64,000 bases of DNA from Candidatus Fermentithermobacillaceae bacterium (lineage in GTDB: Bacteria > Bacillota > Sulfobacillia > Fermentithermobacillales > Fermentithermobacillaceae): positions 60,761 through 124,760 of the forward strand of contig JAGPNE010000001.1 in the NCBI GenBank assembly GCA_018052455.1, given 5' to 3'. Position numbers and translations under genes: made by a program. This document shows, piece by piece, positions 18,750-28,434 of this stretch. Under the pieces are notes generated by a model. The model searched no databases. It worked only from the letters and a program-made list of their open reading frames with translations, and was not told the origin of the DNA. Numbering within the stretch: position 1 is the stretch's first letter; every line of letters starts with the position of its first letter.

Positions 18750-20405
18750 ATGATAGATGAAGCTAAGGAAAGATGGGAACAAGGGACGCTGGCGAAGGTC
18801 CTTAAGAGGTATCCTGAAAGGCAAGAGGAATTTCGCACCGATTCCGGGATTCCAGTCCAACGTGTCTACACTCCGCAGGATCTGAAGGAGTGGGACTATC
18901 TTACCAAGCTCGGGTTTCCAGGCGAGTACCCCTTTACTCGCGGAGTTCAACCGACGATGTATAGAGGCCGTTTGTGGACTATGCGGCAATACGCAGGTTT
19001 TGGCACGGCTAGAGAGACTAACGAACGATTCCGGTTTCTGCTTGAGCAAGGGCAGACAGGTCTGAGCGTAGCGTTTGACCTGCCTACTCAGATGGGATAC
19101 GATTCCGATCACCCTTTGGCAGAGGGTGAGGTTGGCCGTGTAGGAGTAGCCATAGACTCGCTCGAAGACATGGAGGTTGTCTTTGACGGGATTCCTCTGG
19201 ATAAGGTTTCTACGTCGATGACCATAAACGCGCCGGCCGCAATTCTCCTTGCAATGTACCAGGTCGTAGCAGAAAAGCAAGGTGTCGAACCAGTTAAGCT
19301 GCAAGGTACCGTCCAGAACGATATACTGAAAGAGTACATTGCTCGCGGCACCTATATATTTCCTCCGGGACCTTCAATGAGACTGGTTACAGATATTTTT
19401 GAGTATTGTTCCCAAAGCATTCCTTCCTGGAATACCATTTCCATTAGCGGGTACCACATAAGAGAAGCGGGAAGTACTGCCGCCCAAGAAATAGCATTTA
19501 CTCTGGCAGACGGCATTGCATATGTCCAGGCAGCCATAGACAAGGGTCTCGATGTTGACGAGTTTGCAGGTAGGCTTTCCTTTTTCTTCAATAGCCATAT
19601 GAACTTCTTTGAAGAGATTGCTAAGTTCAGGGCTGCTAGGAGACTATGGGCCAGAATCATGAAGGAACGTTTTGGAGCGAAGAATCCCAAATCCATGATG
19701 TTGAGATTCCATACGCAGACAGCGGGTTCTTCTCTTACTGCCCAGCAGCCAGACAACAACATAGTCCGTACGGCTATGGAGGCATTAGCCGCAGTCCTGG
19801 GCGGCACGCAGTCGTTGCACACGAATTCAAAGGATGAAGCTCTGGCTCTACCTAGCGAAGATTCTGTACGGACGGCTATAAGGACTCAACAGGTTATTGC
19901 ATACGAAACCGGAGTTGCTGACACCATAGATCCTCTCGCGGGAAGTTATTTCATAGAGAAACTCACAGATGAATTGGAGCGACTGGCTGCTGAGTATATC
20001 CAGAAGATCGACGATATGGGTGGCGCAGTAAAAGCTATAGAGAACGGATTTATGCAGCGTGAAATCCAAGACAGTGCATACAGGTATCAGAAAGCAGTCG
20101 AGTCCAAGGAACGCCTAGTGGTTGGAGTTAACTGCTTTGAGGTCGAAGAGGGGCAACCTAAGAATCTCCTGAAAGTAGACCCTGCTATAGGAGAGAGCCA
20201 GAAAGAGCGCCTTTCTGACCTTAAGGCGAGAAGAGATGGTTTGGCAGTCGCCAACGCCCTCGAGGCGGTTGAAAAAGCTGCAAAAGGCGACGACAATCTT
20301 GTTCCCCCAATTGTGCAGGCAGTCAAAGTGTATGCTACTATTGGTGAGATCTGCGATGTTCTAAGAGGCGTGTTTGGGATGTACCGGCCTAGCCAGGAAT
20401 TGTGA
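18750..20405 (+). CDS. methylmalonyl-CoA mutase catalytic (N-terminal, TIM-barrel) subunit. No B12-binding domain is present on this polypeptide.
   Basis: 551 aa. Mutase blocks [29 protein letters not shown] and [22 protein letters not shown]. The protein ends before the region where a cobalamin-binding Rossmann domain would lie. Confidence 0.85.
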   Translation: MIDEAKERWEQGTLAKVLKRYPERQEEFRTDSGIPVQRVYTPQDLKEWDYLTKLGFPGEYPFTRGVQPTMYRGRLWTMRQYAGFGTARETNERFRFLLEQGQTGLSVAFDLPTQMGYDSDHPLAEGEVGRVGVAIDSLEDMEVVFDGIPLDKVSTSMTINAPAAILLAMYQVVAEKQGVEPVKLQGTVQNDILKEYIARGTYIFPPGPSMRLVTDIFEYCSQSIPSWNTISISGYHIREAGSTAAQEIAFTLADGIAYVQAAIDKGLDVDEFAGRLSFFFNSHMNFFEEIAKFRAARRLWARIMKERFGAKNPKSMMLRFHTQTAGSSLTAQQPDNNIVRTAMEALAAVLGGTQSLHTNSKDEALALPSEDSVRTAIRTQQVIAYETGVADTIDPLAGSYFIEKLTDELERLAAEYIQKIDDMGGAVKAIENGFMQREIQDSAYRYQKAVESKERLVVGVNCFEVEEGQPKNLLKVDPAIGESQKERLSDLKARRDGLAVANALEAVEKAAKGDDNLVPPIVQAVKVYATIGEICDVLRGVFGMYRPSQEL

Positions 20406-20429
20406 GGGCTGTGAGGTTGAGAATCTTTT

Positions 20430-20861
20430 GTGAAAGGACTGATACCTGTGCTAAAGAAGATTAACCACCTAGGGATCGCTGTGAACGATTTGGAGAAGGC
20501 GGTAGAAGTATTCACGAAGGCCTTTAATCTTGAAGTTGGTGGGATTGAGGAAGTTGCGTCTCAGAAGGTTAGGGTCGCATTTCTTCCAATTGGGGAAAGC
20601 AGAATAGAGCTTCTTGAGCCTACCTCGGAAGATAGCACGATTGCAAAGTTCCTCTCTACACGAGGGGAAGGTATTCACCACGTAGCTTTTGAGACGGATT
20701 CTGTAGCCGAATCTCTAAAACTCGCGGATTCTCAAGGATTGAGGCTCATTGACAAGGAACCAAGGCCCGGAGCCCACGGTACGAAAGTGGCTTTCCTGCA
20801 CCCGAAAAGCACATGCGGCGTGCTCATTGAGCTAGTTGAAGAATCGTCTGAGGTATGCTGA
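20430..20861 (+). CDS. methylmalonyl-CoA epimerase (VOC/glyoxalase fold)
   Basis: About 140 aa. INHLGIAV start of the VOC fold, HHVAF metal ligands, AFLHP, LIELVE C-terminus. Adjacent to the mutase. Confidence 0.72.
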   Translation: MKGLIPVLKKINHLGIAVNDLEKAVEVFTKAFNLEVGGIEEVASQKVRVAFLPIGESRIELLEPTSEDSTIAKFLSTRGEGIHHVAFETDSVAESLKLADSQGLRLIDKEPRPGAHGTKVAFLHPKSTCGVLIELVEESSEVC

Positions 20862-20898
20862 TAGGTAAACTTGAGACGTGAATCGCTTCAAAAGACGA

Positions 20899-20927
20899 GG
20901 GAGCCCTCTTTTGCAGGGCTCCTTTTC
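20899..20927 (+). terminator. rho-independent terminator after the epimerase gene
   Basis: GGAGCCCT / AGGGCTCC stem (8 bp) with a 7-nt loop, followed by TTTT. Confidence 0.55.
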
Positions 20928-21081
20928 ATGTTTACTTGCTTGTGCTCGAGTACCGATATGAGCTCAAATCCCCTTCAATTATGTTGACTGCGTTCCAACG
21001 ATTCACAGATTATTCGGTTGGGAAGAAGGAAATAAGCTAGTTCGTAAAGAATCTATCCTACGTACAGGAATATATCCTGGA

Positions 21082-21336
21082 GTGTGCGGCCTGTCAAAAT
21101 CCGTACAAAGGGGGCTTTGTATAGTGGAGTGGTCGCCAAGGATGGTAGAGTACGTCTGTCTTGCTTGTGGCGTCCAAGGGCTGATTGATATTCACGAGTT
21201 GCAGACACAGGATCAGGATACTGATGACAATAATCAAAGGGTTACGTTGGTTTTGAGGTGCCCCAAATGCAATGGAGAGGTTGTTTCCATTGAACGCAAG
21301 GGCACCTCGAATGTTTTGGCGGTAGTGCATGCTTAG
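21082..21336 (+). CDS. small hypothetical zinc-ribbon protein (two CxxC pairs). The start is uncertain: GTG 21082, GTG 21124 or ATG 21142.
   Basis: CLACG...CPKCNG motifs 44 residues apart, acidic linker. Flanked by terminators on both sides. No strong RBS. Confidence 0.3.
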   Translation: MCGLSKSVQRGLCIVEWSPRMVEYVCLACGVQGLIDIHELQTQDQDTDDNNQRVTLVLRCPKCNGEVVSIERKGTSNVLAVVHA

Positions 21337-21373
21337 CAGGTAGAGGACACTTTTTGCAAACCGCTTTCTTGGA

Positions 21374-21413
21374 ATTGCCGCTGCTTTGAAGGCAGCGGCA
21401 ATTTGTTATCTTT
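21374..21413 (+). terminator. rho-independent terminator
   Basis: 10-bp stem ATTGCCGCTG/CAGCGGCAAT with an 8-nt loop, then a T-rich tract. Confidence 0.6.
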
Positions 21414-21508
21414 GCCTGCCCTACTCTGAGCTGTCGGGCGTACTTATCTCATAATATTATTCAAAAAACTCAATACACTAGCAGGAAATAACGATATATA
21501 TGGAGAAT

Positions 21509-21536
21509 GTAGGTGCAAAGCGGTGAAAAGTGGGGT
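21509..21536 (+). promoter_or_regulatory. three GTG-core direct repeats (GGTG-N6-GGTG-N4-GTGGGG) just upstream of mraZ. Candidate MraZ operator.
   Basis: Anchors at 21513, 21523 and 21530 (spacings 10 and 7 nt). The array ends 13 nt before the mraZ ATG. Confidence 0.3.
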
Positions 21537-21548
21537 ATAATGGTCCAA

Positions 21549-21980
21549 ATGAGCGGATTTGTCGGAGAATACCTGCATACGCTGGATAACAAAGGCAGAG
21601 TTGCCCTACCCGTGAGGTTCAGAGAAACTCTGGGCGCCAGATTTATAGTAGCGCGAGGGTTGGACAAATGCCTGTTTGTTTATCCATATGATGAGTGGAA
21701 CAGTGTTATCGACAAGCTAAAGGCCATACCTATGAATCAAAAAGATGGTCGGAATTTCGCAAGGTATTTCTTGTCAGGCGCAACCGAAGTTGAGCCAGAC
21801 AAACAAGGTAGAGTGATTCTGCCTCAGAATCTTCGAGAGTACGCTGGTTTGAATAAGGACGTATTTATCCTAGGGGTTGGAAGCAGGATCGAGATTTGGA
21901 ATAAAGAGGCCTGGGATAGTGCGAAAAAAGATATTGACGACCAATTCTCGGTTCTAGCAGAAAGCGTTGTCGGAATATGA
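21549..21980 (+). CDS. mraZ: transcriptional regulator MraZ
   Basis: MSGFVGEYLHTLDNKGRVALPVRFRE matches the MraZ N-terminus (compare B. subtilis MFMGEYQHTIDAKGR). Two MraZ repeats. The internal ATG at 21549 is preferred over the GTG at 21513. Confidence 0.85.
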   Translation: MSGFVGEYLHTLDNKGRVALPVRFRETLGARFIVARGLDKCLFVYPYDEWNSVIDKLKAIPMNQKDGRNFARYFLSGATEVEPDKQGRVILPQNLREYAGLNKDVFILGVGSRIEIWNKEAWDSAKKDIDDQFSVLAESVVGI

Positions 21981-22882
21981 TGGCAGATCGGCCTAACCAC
22001 GTGTATCATGAACCCGTTATGGTCTCGGAAGTGGTTTCTTTCATCTTAGAAGTTCAGAGGAACATTGTTATCGACTGCACCGTTGGTGACGGAGGGCATT
22101 CATCAGAGATCTTACGAAGTAGTCCGCACACTTTCGTTTTCGGGATAGACGTGGACGATGAGGCGGTCTCGACCGCTCAGCGAAGGATCAATAAGGAGTT
22201 TAGCGGTCGTTTCAAGGCAGTCAAATGGGACTACAGACAACTAGAGAAGTTTTGTTCTACACATGGTGTTTCTAGGATAAGCGCGGCTTTGTTTGATCTT
22301 GGAGTATCATCTCGGCAACTTGACAAGTACGAACGGGGATTCTCGTATAAGATTGATGCGCCGCTAGACATGAGGATGAACCCTTTATCACCGAAAACCG
22401 CGGCTGATATCGTGGCAGATTCCAGCGAAGAGGAACTTGAGCGTATCATAAGACAATACGGTGAAGAACGTTTTTCCCGCCGTATTGCCAGAGAGATTGT
22501 ATCTAGGCGAACTAGCGAACCAATCTTGACTACACAAGACCTTGTCGAGGTTGTCGTAAGTGCACTACCCAAAGGAGCCAGGAAAGACTATATTCATCCT
22601 GCTAGGAGAACTTTCCAGGCACTGAGGATTGCTACAAACGATGAACTATCAAGGTTAGGCGAAAGCCTGTCGGTAGCGTTCTCTCTTTTGGAGCCAGGTG
22701 GCGTTCTCATAGTGATAACGTATCACTCACTTGAAGACAGGATAGCTAAGGTCACTCTAAAGGAATTGGAAGGGAACCGCAAAGGTACCGTTAGGACAAA
22801 AAAGGTGTTGCGGCCAAGCGAATCGGAGGTACAAAGCAATCCTCGTTCTAGAAGTGCAAAAATGCGGGTTATCCAAAAATAG
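21977..22882 (+). CDS. rsmH: 16S rRNA (cytosine1402-N4)-methyltransferase RsmH
   Basis: DCTVGDGGHS SAM-binding motif. About 300 aa. Directly after mraZ. Confidence 0.9.
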   Translation: MMADRPNHVYHEPVMVSEVVSFILEVQRNIVIDCTVGDGGHSSEILRSSPHTFVFGIDVDDEAVSTAQRRINKEFSGRFKAVKWDYRQLEKFCSTHGVSRISAALFDLGVSSRQLDKYERGFSYKIDAPLDMRMNPLSPKTAADIVADSSEEELERIIRQYGEERFSRRIAREIVSRRTSEPILTTQDLVEVVVSALPKGARKDYIHPARRTFQALRIATNDELSRLGESLSVAFSLLEPGGVLIVITYHSLEDRIAKVTLKELEGNRKGTVRTKKVLRPSESEVQSNPRSRSAKMRVIQK

Positions 22883-22897
22883 GGAGAAGGGGTATCT

Positions 22898-23338
22898 ATG
22901 ATAAGAAGTCTGGAGTTAGGTTCGAGAAAATCCATTCCTATCGAATTCTTCGGGATACTATACTTCGGCCTTTTGGTTGCAATTGGAGTAATGTTGGTCT
23001 GGCAACCTGCTCAAGTAGCTACCATGAATCAGGAGCTCATTGGTCTTGAGGCAACTCTAAAGGACCTCAAGATGCGCAATGAGGACTTGAAGCGTACAGT
23101 CGCGACTATGGAGTCGCTTACATTCGTCGAGGCTGAGGCTAGGGGCACTTTAGGGATGGTTGATCCTGTCCAAGTGAGGGCAGTTGCAGTCAACCCGCAA
23201 AACACTAACGCCGTCGCCATGGAGGATTCGGATCAGCTGACGGCAAATGAAGAAGCGCCAAGCGGTCTATTTGCATGGCTCAGCCGCGTGGCTGAGTTTG
23301 TGAGAGATAATCTAACTGCCGCGAAAGCGCGGCGTTAG
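22898..23338 (+). CDS. ftsL: cell division protein FtsL-like (single TM helix plus coiled coil)
   Basis: Position between rsmH and the class B PBP. TM helix FGILYFGLLVAIGVMLVW followed by a leucine-zipper-like segment. Confidence 0.6.
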   Translation: MIRSLELGSRKSIPIEFFGILYFGLLVAIGVMLVWQPAQVATMNQELIGLEATLKDLKMRNEDLKRTVATMESLTFVEAEARGTLGMVDPVQVRAVAVNPQNTNAVAMEDSDQLTANEEAPSGLFAWLSRVAEFVRDNLTAAKARR

Positions 23339-23359
23339 TAGTTCCATTCGGAGAGAAAT

Positions 23360-25450
23360 ATGATGGGAAGAACACAAGTCCGGAAACGGCTTAAGGTTGT
23401 TTTGTCTTTTTTGTGCGTTTGCTTCGCACTAATCCTGGCACGTTTAGTTTACGTGCAACTTATTTGGGCCCAAGAACTGGGACAAATGGCATTGGATATG
23501 AGGATGAACGACATCCCCATACAGCCCAAACGGGGAATCATCGTAGATAGAAATGGACATGAACTTGCATTCAGTATTGAAGTCGAATCCTTATATGCTA
23601 TTCCGTCCCAGATAAAGGACCCGGTCCACACAGCCGAAGTCCTGTCTGATATTCTGGGCATAGACTACGAAAAGATGCTCTCAACTCTCACAAGGACTAG
23701 CGGATTCGAGTGGATCAAAAGGAAACTTCCTGATGACATAGTGCGAAAGATAAAGGAAGCCAACCTTACGGGTATAGGGTTCACACAGGAATCCATGAGA
23801 GTCTGGCCAAAGGGAACACTGCTGTCTCAGGTTCTAGGGATAGTAGGTATTGATAACGATGGTCTTGAAGGGCTGGAGTATCAGTATGACGACCTGCTAA
23901 GAGGGACCCCTGGTAAGTTTACTGTTGAAGTAGATGCCTTGGGAAATATTATACCCGAATCGGAAAAAGGCTACATTCCCCCTATAGACGGGAAAAACCT
24001 TACCCTTACAATTGACGAACCGATTCAGTTCATCGTAGAGAGAGAACTTGATCAGAAGATTGCGGAGACCAACGCTTCCGGTGGCATTGTAGTTGCGATG
24101 GACCCTTCAAATGGGGAGATCCTGGCTCTTGCAATTCGTCCAGGATATGACCCCAACAACTATGATGAATATCCTGCGGCAAATAGGAGGATAAGGGCGG
24201 TTACAGACTCCTTTCCGCCAGGTTCTACATTCAAGCCTGTAACAGGAGCAATAGGGTTAGAATGCGAGAAAGTCAAAACAACGGATGTGTTCTACTGCAA
24301 CGGCAGCATGAAAGTAGGGGTCGAGACCCTTCATTGCCACCAGTTGAGCGGTCATGGCAAACAGACGTTTACTCAGGTTGTCGAAAACTCATGCAATATG
24401 GGTTTTATCCAAATAGCTCAGAAAATAGGGATAGAGAATTTCTACCATTATGTAGATCTTTTCGGAATCACTTCGTGCACAGGGATTGACCTTCCAGGCG
24501 AATCGGCGGGCATAATCGTACCAAGAGACCAGGCCAGAGAAATTGATCTTGCTTGCATGTCGTACGGACAGACGCTCCAGGCTACACCGATACAGATAGT
24601 GACTGCAATATCTGCTATAGCCAATGGCGGAGACATTGTCACACCTCACGTGGTAAAGGAAGTTACCGATGCTGATGGGAACATAGTTGACTCGGCATCC
24701 TGCGAGCCTGTTAGACAAGTAATATCTGAACAAACAGCACAGGAAATGCGGTCAGTCCTTGAAAAGGTCATATCCGAAGGTACCGGCAAATCGGCTTATG
24801 TGCCAGGCTATCGCCTTGCCGGGAAGACAGGTACGTCGAACAAAGTAATAGACGGAAAGATAGCAGAGGACAAGTACATATCATCATTTGTCGGGTTTGC
24901 GCCAGCGAACGACCCGAAAGTGGTGCTTTTGGTGATGATAGACGAGCCAGAAGGTGACTACTATGGCGGCGTCGTTGCCGCGCCGGTCTTCTCATCGATA
25001 ATGCGGGACGCGCTACGATATCTTGAAATTGCGCCTCAAGAGGAAGTCCTAGATATTGGTGGGCAGGATGTTGTAAAGGTTCCTGATCTCGTTGGAAAAC
25101 CCCTTGATTCAGCCTTAGAGGAACTTAAGCAAGACAATTTTGTAGTACGTACTGAAGGCTCAGGGAGCACTGTATTGGATCAGTTTCCGGTTGGTGGGTC
25201 TAGAGTGATCAGAGGGACAGATGTGGTATTATACACTGAAGGTGATGAGGAGCCTGGTGAAGGGATGGTAAGAGTTCCTTCAATTGTAGGTCTTGGGATG
25301 ACGCAGGCGCGGGCCAAACTCAAAGATAGCGGGCTGTCCTTGAGCGCAGAGGGCAACGGTTTCTGTGTTACACAGGAACCTCAAGCAGGAAGGATAGTTC
25401 CAGCGGGTACTGCGGTGAAGGCTGTTTTCCGAATGGACGTGGGTCAATAG
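23360..25450 (+). CDS. class B penicillin-binding protein (FtsI/PBP2B/SpoVD-type) with two C-terminal PASTA domains
   Basis: PBP dimerisation domain, transpeptidase motifs STFKP, SCN, KTGT. Two PASTA repeats (VPDLVGKPLDSALEEL..., VPSIVGLGMTQARAKL...). Confidence 0.85.
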   Translation: MMGRTQVRKRLKVVLSFLCVCFALILARLVYVQLIWAQELGQMALDMRMNDIPIQPKRGIIVDRNGHELAFSIEVESLYAIPSQIKDPVHTAEVLSDILGIDYEKMLSTLTRTSGFEWIKRKLPDDIVRKIKEANLTGIGFTQESMRVWPKGTLLSQVLGIVGIDNDGLEGLEYQYDDLLRGTPGKFTVEVDALGNIIPESEKGYIPPIDGKNLTLTIDEPIQFIVERELDQKIAETNASGGIVVAMDPSNGEILALAIRPGYDPNNYDEYPAANRRIRAVTDSFPPGSTFKPVTGAIGLECEKVKTTDVFYCNGSMKVGVETLHCHQLSGHGKQTFTQVVENSCNMGFIQIAQKIGIENFYHYVDLFGITSCTGIDLPGESAGIIVPRDQAREIDLACMSYGQTLQATPIQIVTAISAIANGGDIVTPHVVKEVTDADGNIVDSASCEPVRQVISEQTAQEMRSVLEKVISEGTGKSAYVPGYRLAGKTGTSNKVIDGKIAEDKYISSFVGFAPANDPKVVLLVMIDEPEGDYYGGVVAAPVFSSIMRDALRYLEIAPQEEVLDIGGQDVVKVPDLVGKPLDSALEELKQDNFVVRTEGSGSTVLDQFPVGGSRVIRGTDVVLYTEGDEEPGEGMVRVPSIVGLGMTQARAKLKDSGLSLSAEGNGFCVTQEPQAGRIVPAGTAVKAVFRMDVGQ

Positions 25451-25497
25451 CATAAGACTGCTCATCGAATGCGTATGTCCGAGGGGGGTGGGTTTTC

Positions 25498-27012
25498 ATG
25501 TTGCTCTCAACATTATTGCAGGGGCTTCCTGATGTACAACTTGTTCGAGATTGTGAGGTCACTGGAATTGCCTACGATTCGCGTGAAGTGAGGGAAGGCA
25601 ATTTGTTTGTGGCCATAAAAGGCTACAAACTTGACGGGCATGACTTTGTCGCTGATGCTATTTCGAGAGGCGCCAGCGGAGTAGTTGTTGAAGACATGGT
25701 CTGTGTTCCTAAGGGCAAGGGGATGGCTATCGTTGAGAACACCCGATTTGTCTTGTCCCACCTAGCTTGTGCCTTTTATGGAAACCCAAGCCGAGACCTT
25801 TTGGTCGTTGGCATAACCGGGACAAAAGGAAAGACAACCACCTGTCATATGGTGAAAGACATGTTGGATAGTATGGGGTACTCTACAGGTTTACTAGGTA
25901 CGGTACATAACATAATAGGTGACGAGGTGCGTCCTGTTAAGCACACTACGCCCGAATCCTTAGATCTTTTGTTTATGCAGAAAGAGATGGTAGAAAAAGG
26001 CTGTACCGCTGTTGTTATGGAGGTTTCTTCCCATGCCTTGGCTCTTGACAGGGTGGCGCATGTTGAATTCGATGTGGCGGTATTCACTAACATAGGTATG
26101 GACCATTTAGATTTTCACCGCACCTTGGACAACTATGTAAACACCAAAGGAAGACTCTTTGAGTCCCTTGCAAGAAGACCGTCTTTGCCTGGGCAGAATC
26201 TTCCTTTTGCTGCAATCAACTGTGACGACTCATTTAGTGACTATTTTTTGTCCGTCGCTCCCAAAAAGAGTATCACATACGGTCTGGAACAAGAATCCGA
26301 TGTGCGCGCGCTCAACGTGCAAGCAGGCTCAAGAGGTAGTTCGTTTGCAATTTCTTATTGCGGAAAGACAATAAAGACACAGATTAACCTGCCGGGTAGG
26401 TTCAATGTGTATAATGCTCTGGCTGCCAGTACGGTAGCTCTGGGGTTGGGCCTAGACCTTGAAAGGGTGTCTGAAATCCTTCCTAGGCTTGGCGGAGTGA
26501 GGGGACGTGCCGAAGTCGTATCAGGCACTGAAGAATATACTGTCTGGGTAGATTATGCTCATACACCTGAAAGTCTCAAAGACATCCTGAGTACTGCTCG
26601 ACAGGTTGCAGACAACAGGGTCATTGTTGTTTTTGGTTGTGGTGGCGATAGAGACACGCACAAGCGGCCTGTAATGGGAAGGATTTCAGGTGAGATAGCA
26701 GACATGGTCATAATCACAGATGACAACCCAAGGACTGAGGACGAGGAAGAGATTCTTGACCAGATAGAAGTGGGCATAGATGAAGCTAGATTGAAAAAGC
26801 CCGGTCTGGTTTTTGAGCGCATAAAAGACAGAGAACGAGCAATCGCCAGGGCAATTTCATCTGCACAGAAAGGTGACGTGGTGGTTATTGCAGGAAAGGG
26901 CCACGAGACCTATCAGGTATTTAGAGACAGGGTAGTTAGTTTTGATGATGCAGAAGTAGCACGGAAGGTGATAGGTGCATTAAAGGATCATTCAAGTTTG
27001 ACGCAAAGCTGA
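25498..27012 (+). CDS. murE: UDP-N-acetylmuramoyl-L-alanyl-D-glutamate--2,6-diaminopimelate ligase
   Basis: Mur ligase P-loop GITGTKGKTTT. DNPR motif (ITDDNPRTE), which is characteristic of meso-DAP-adding MurE. Confidence 0.9.
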   Translation: MLLSTLLQGLPDVQLVRDCEVTGIAYDSREVREGNLFVAIKGYKLDGHDFVADAISRGASGVVVEDMVCVPKGKGMAIVENTRFVLSHLACAFYGNPSRDLLVVGITGTKGKTTTCHMVKDMLDSMGYSTGLLGTVHNIIGDEVRPVKHTTPESLDLLFMQKEMVEKGCTAVVMEVSSHALALDRVAHVEFDVAVFTNIGMDHLDFHRTLDNYVNTKGRLFESLARRPSLPGQNLPFAAINCDDSFSDYFLSVAPKKSITYGLEQESDVRALNVQAGSRGSSFAISYCGKTIKTQINLPGRFNVYNALAASTVALGLGLDLERVSEILPRLGGVRGRAEVVSGTEEYTVWVDYAHTPESLKDILSTARQVADNRVIVVFGCGGDRDTHKRPVMGRISGEIADMVIITDDNPRTEDEEEILDQIEVGIDEARLKKPGLVFERIKDRERAIARAISSAQKGDVVVIAGKGHETYQVFRDRVVSFDDAEVARKVIGALKDHSSLTQS

Positions 27013-27029
27013 GCTAGGGGAGTCTTGAT

Positions 27030-28427
27030 GTGAAATATAGCCTATATGACGTGACCAGAATTGTTGAGGGGGAGCTGTTGCAGGGCGACCCTTGCGTAGA
27101 GGCCCTGAGCGTATCTATTGATTCACGAACAGACGTGAGAGGATCTTTATTCTGCGCAATATGCGGCGATAGAGTAGATGGGCATGACTATCTAGATGAG
27201 GTCGCATCAAAAGGTGCAATAGGGGCGCTTGTTGAGAAGCCTGTGGAGGTCCTGGATCCTACATTTGGAATCGTCTTGGTGCAGTCTACTACTCGCGCGT
27301 TGGGCAAACTGGCTGCCCATTACCTGGGATGTATGAAGGTTGACGTTATCGGCATAACTGGTAGTGTAGGCAAAACAAGTACCAAAGATCTGATTTCTTC
27401 TGTCCTTAGTCAGCGTTTCAAGATATACAAAAATCCTGGAAACATGAACTCCCATATTGGTCTGCCCTTGGCTGTGCTACAGATGGAGTGTGGGTACCGA
27501 TATGCAGTTCTCGAGATGGCAATGAGGGCTCAAGGGGAGATACGGGATCTCTGCGCAATCGCAAAGCCGAGGTTTGGTGTCCTAACCGACATATCCGAAT
27601 CGCACATAGGAGTGCTTGGGAGCATAGAGAAGATAGCTCTTGCAAAAGCGGAGATTCTACAGAGTCTGCCTGGCAACGGGATTTCTTTTTTGTGCTGGGA
27701 CAGCGAACTTGTAAGAAAGATGAGTTCTTTGGCGTCGTGTCGAGTAGTTACTTATGGATTGCGTGATGATGCTGACTGTAAGGCATCTGACATACAAAAG
27801 GTAGACGAATCTACATATCGATTTAAGGTGGATTATCTAGGCAAGAAAGAGGAGTTTGTCTTGCCTATGCCAGGTTTTCATCAGATTCAGAATTCTTTGG
27901 CTGCGATAGCTGTAGGGTATGAGATGGGGCTTTCCGTTGACGATATACGGTCAGGTCTCTGCAGCGTAAGTCTGAGCCCAATGAGACAAGAGGTAATACG
28001 CACGGACAGAATCACAGTGGTAAATGATGCGTACAATGCAAGCGTAAAATCGACCAAGGCAGCGCTAGACTTGCTCCACGATATTCGGGGAGCTCGGAAG
28101 GTTGCGATCCTAGGTGATATGCTTGAGATGGGGGAGTATGGGCCCAAAGCACATTGTGAAGTGGGCGCTTACGCTAGAGACAAAGCAGATGTTTTGGTTG
28201 CTATAGGCCCCTTGAGTGTTCACACGAAGCAGGGGTGGGACCAGGTTAGTGGCCCAGAGACTGAACAGACATCTTTTTGGTTTTCAGACAAAAATGAAGC
28301 AATGGGCCTTCTAGACCGGCTGCTTCAGTGTGGCGACGTCTGTCTGGTGAAAGCATCTAGGGGGATGGAGTTTGAATCGATAGTGTCTTTCCTCAGAGAA
28401 CTAGGCAATAGCGGCGATTGGGGATGA
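27030..28427 (+). CDS. murF: UDP-N-acetylmuramoyl-tripeptide--D-alanyl-D-alanine ligase
   Basis: Mur ligase P-loop GITGSVGKTSTK. 465 aa. Position after murE. Confidence 0.9.
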   Translation: MKYSLYDVTRIVEGELLQGDPCVEALSVSIDSRTDVRGSLFCAICGDRVDGHDYLDEVASKGAIGALVEKPVEVLDPTFGIVLVQSTTRALGKLAAHYLGCMKVDVIGITGSVGKTSTKDLISSVLSQRFKIYKNPGNMNSHIGLPLAVLQMECGYRYAVLEMAMRAQGEIRDLCAIAKPRFGVLTDISESHIGVLGSIEKIALAKAEILQSLPGNGISFLCWDSELVRKMSSLASCRVVTYGLRDDADCKASDIQKVDESTYRFKVDYLGKKEEFVLPMPGFHQIQNSLAAIAVGYEMGLSVDDIRSGLCSVSLSPMRQEVIRTDRITVVNDAYNASVKSTKAALDLLHDIRGARKVAILGDMLEMGEYGPKAHCEVGAYARDKADVLVAIGPLSVHTKQGWDQVSGPETEQTSFWFSDKNEAMGLLDRLLQCGDVCLVKASRGMEFESIVSFLRELGNSGDWG

Positions 28428-28434
28428 TGATTAC

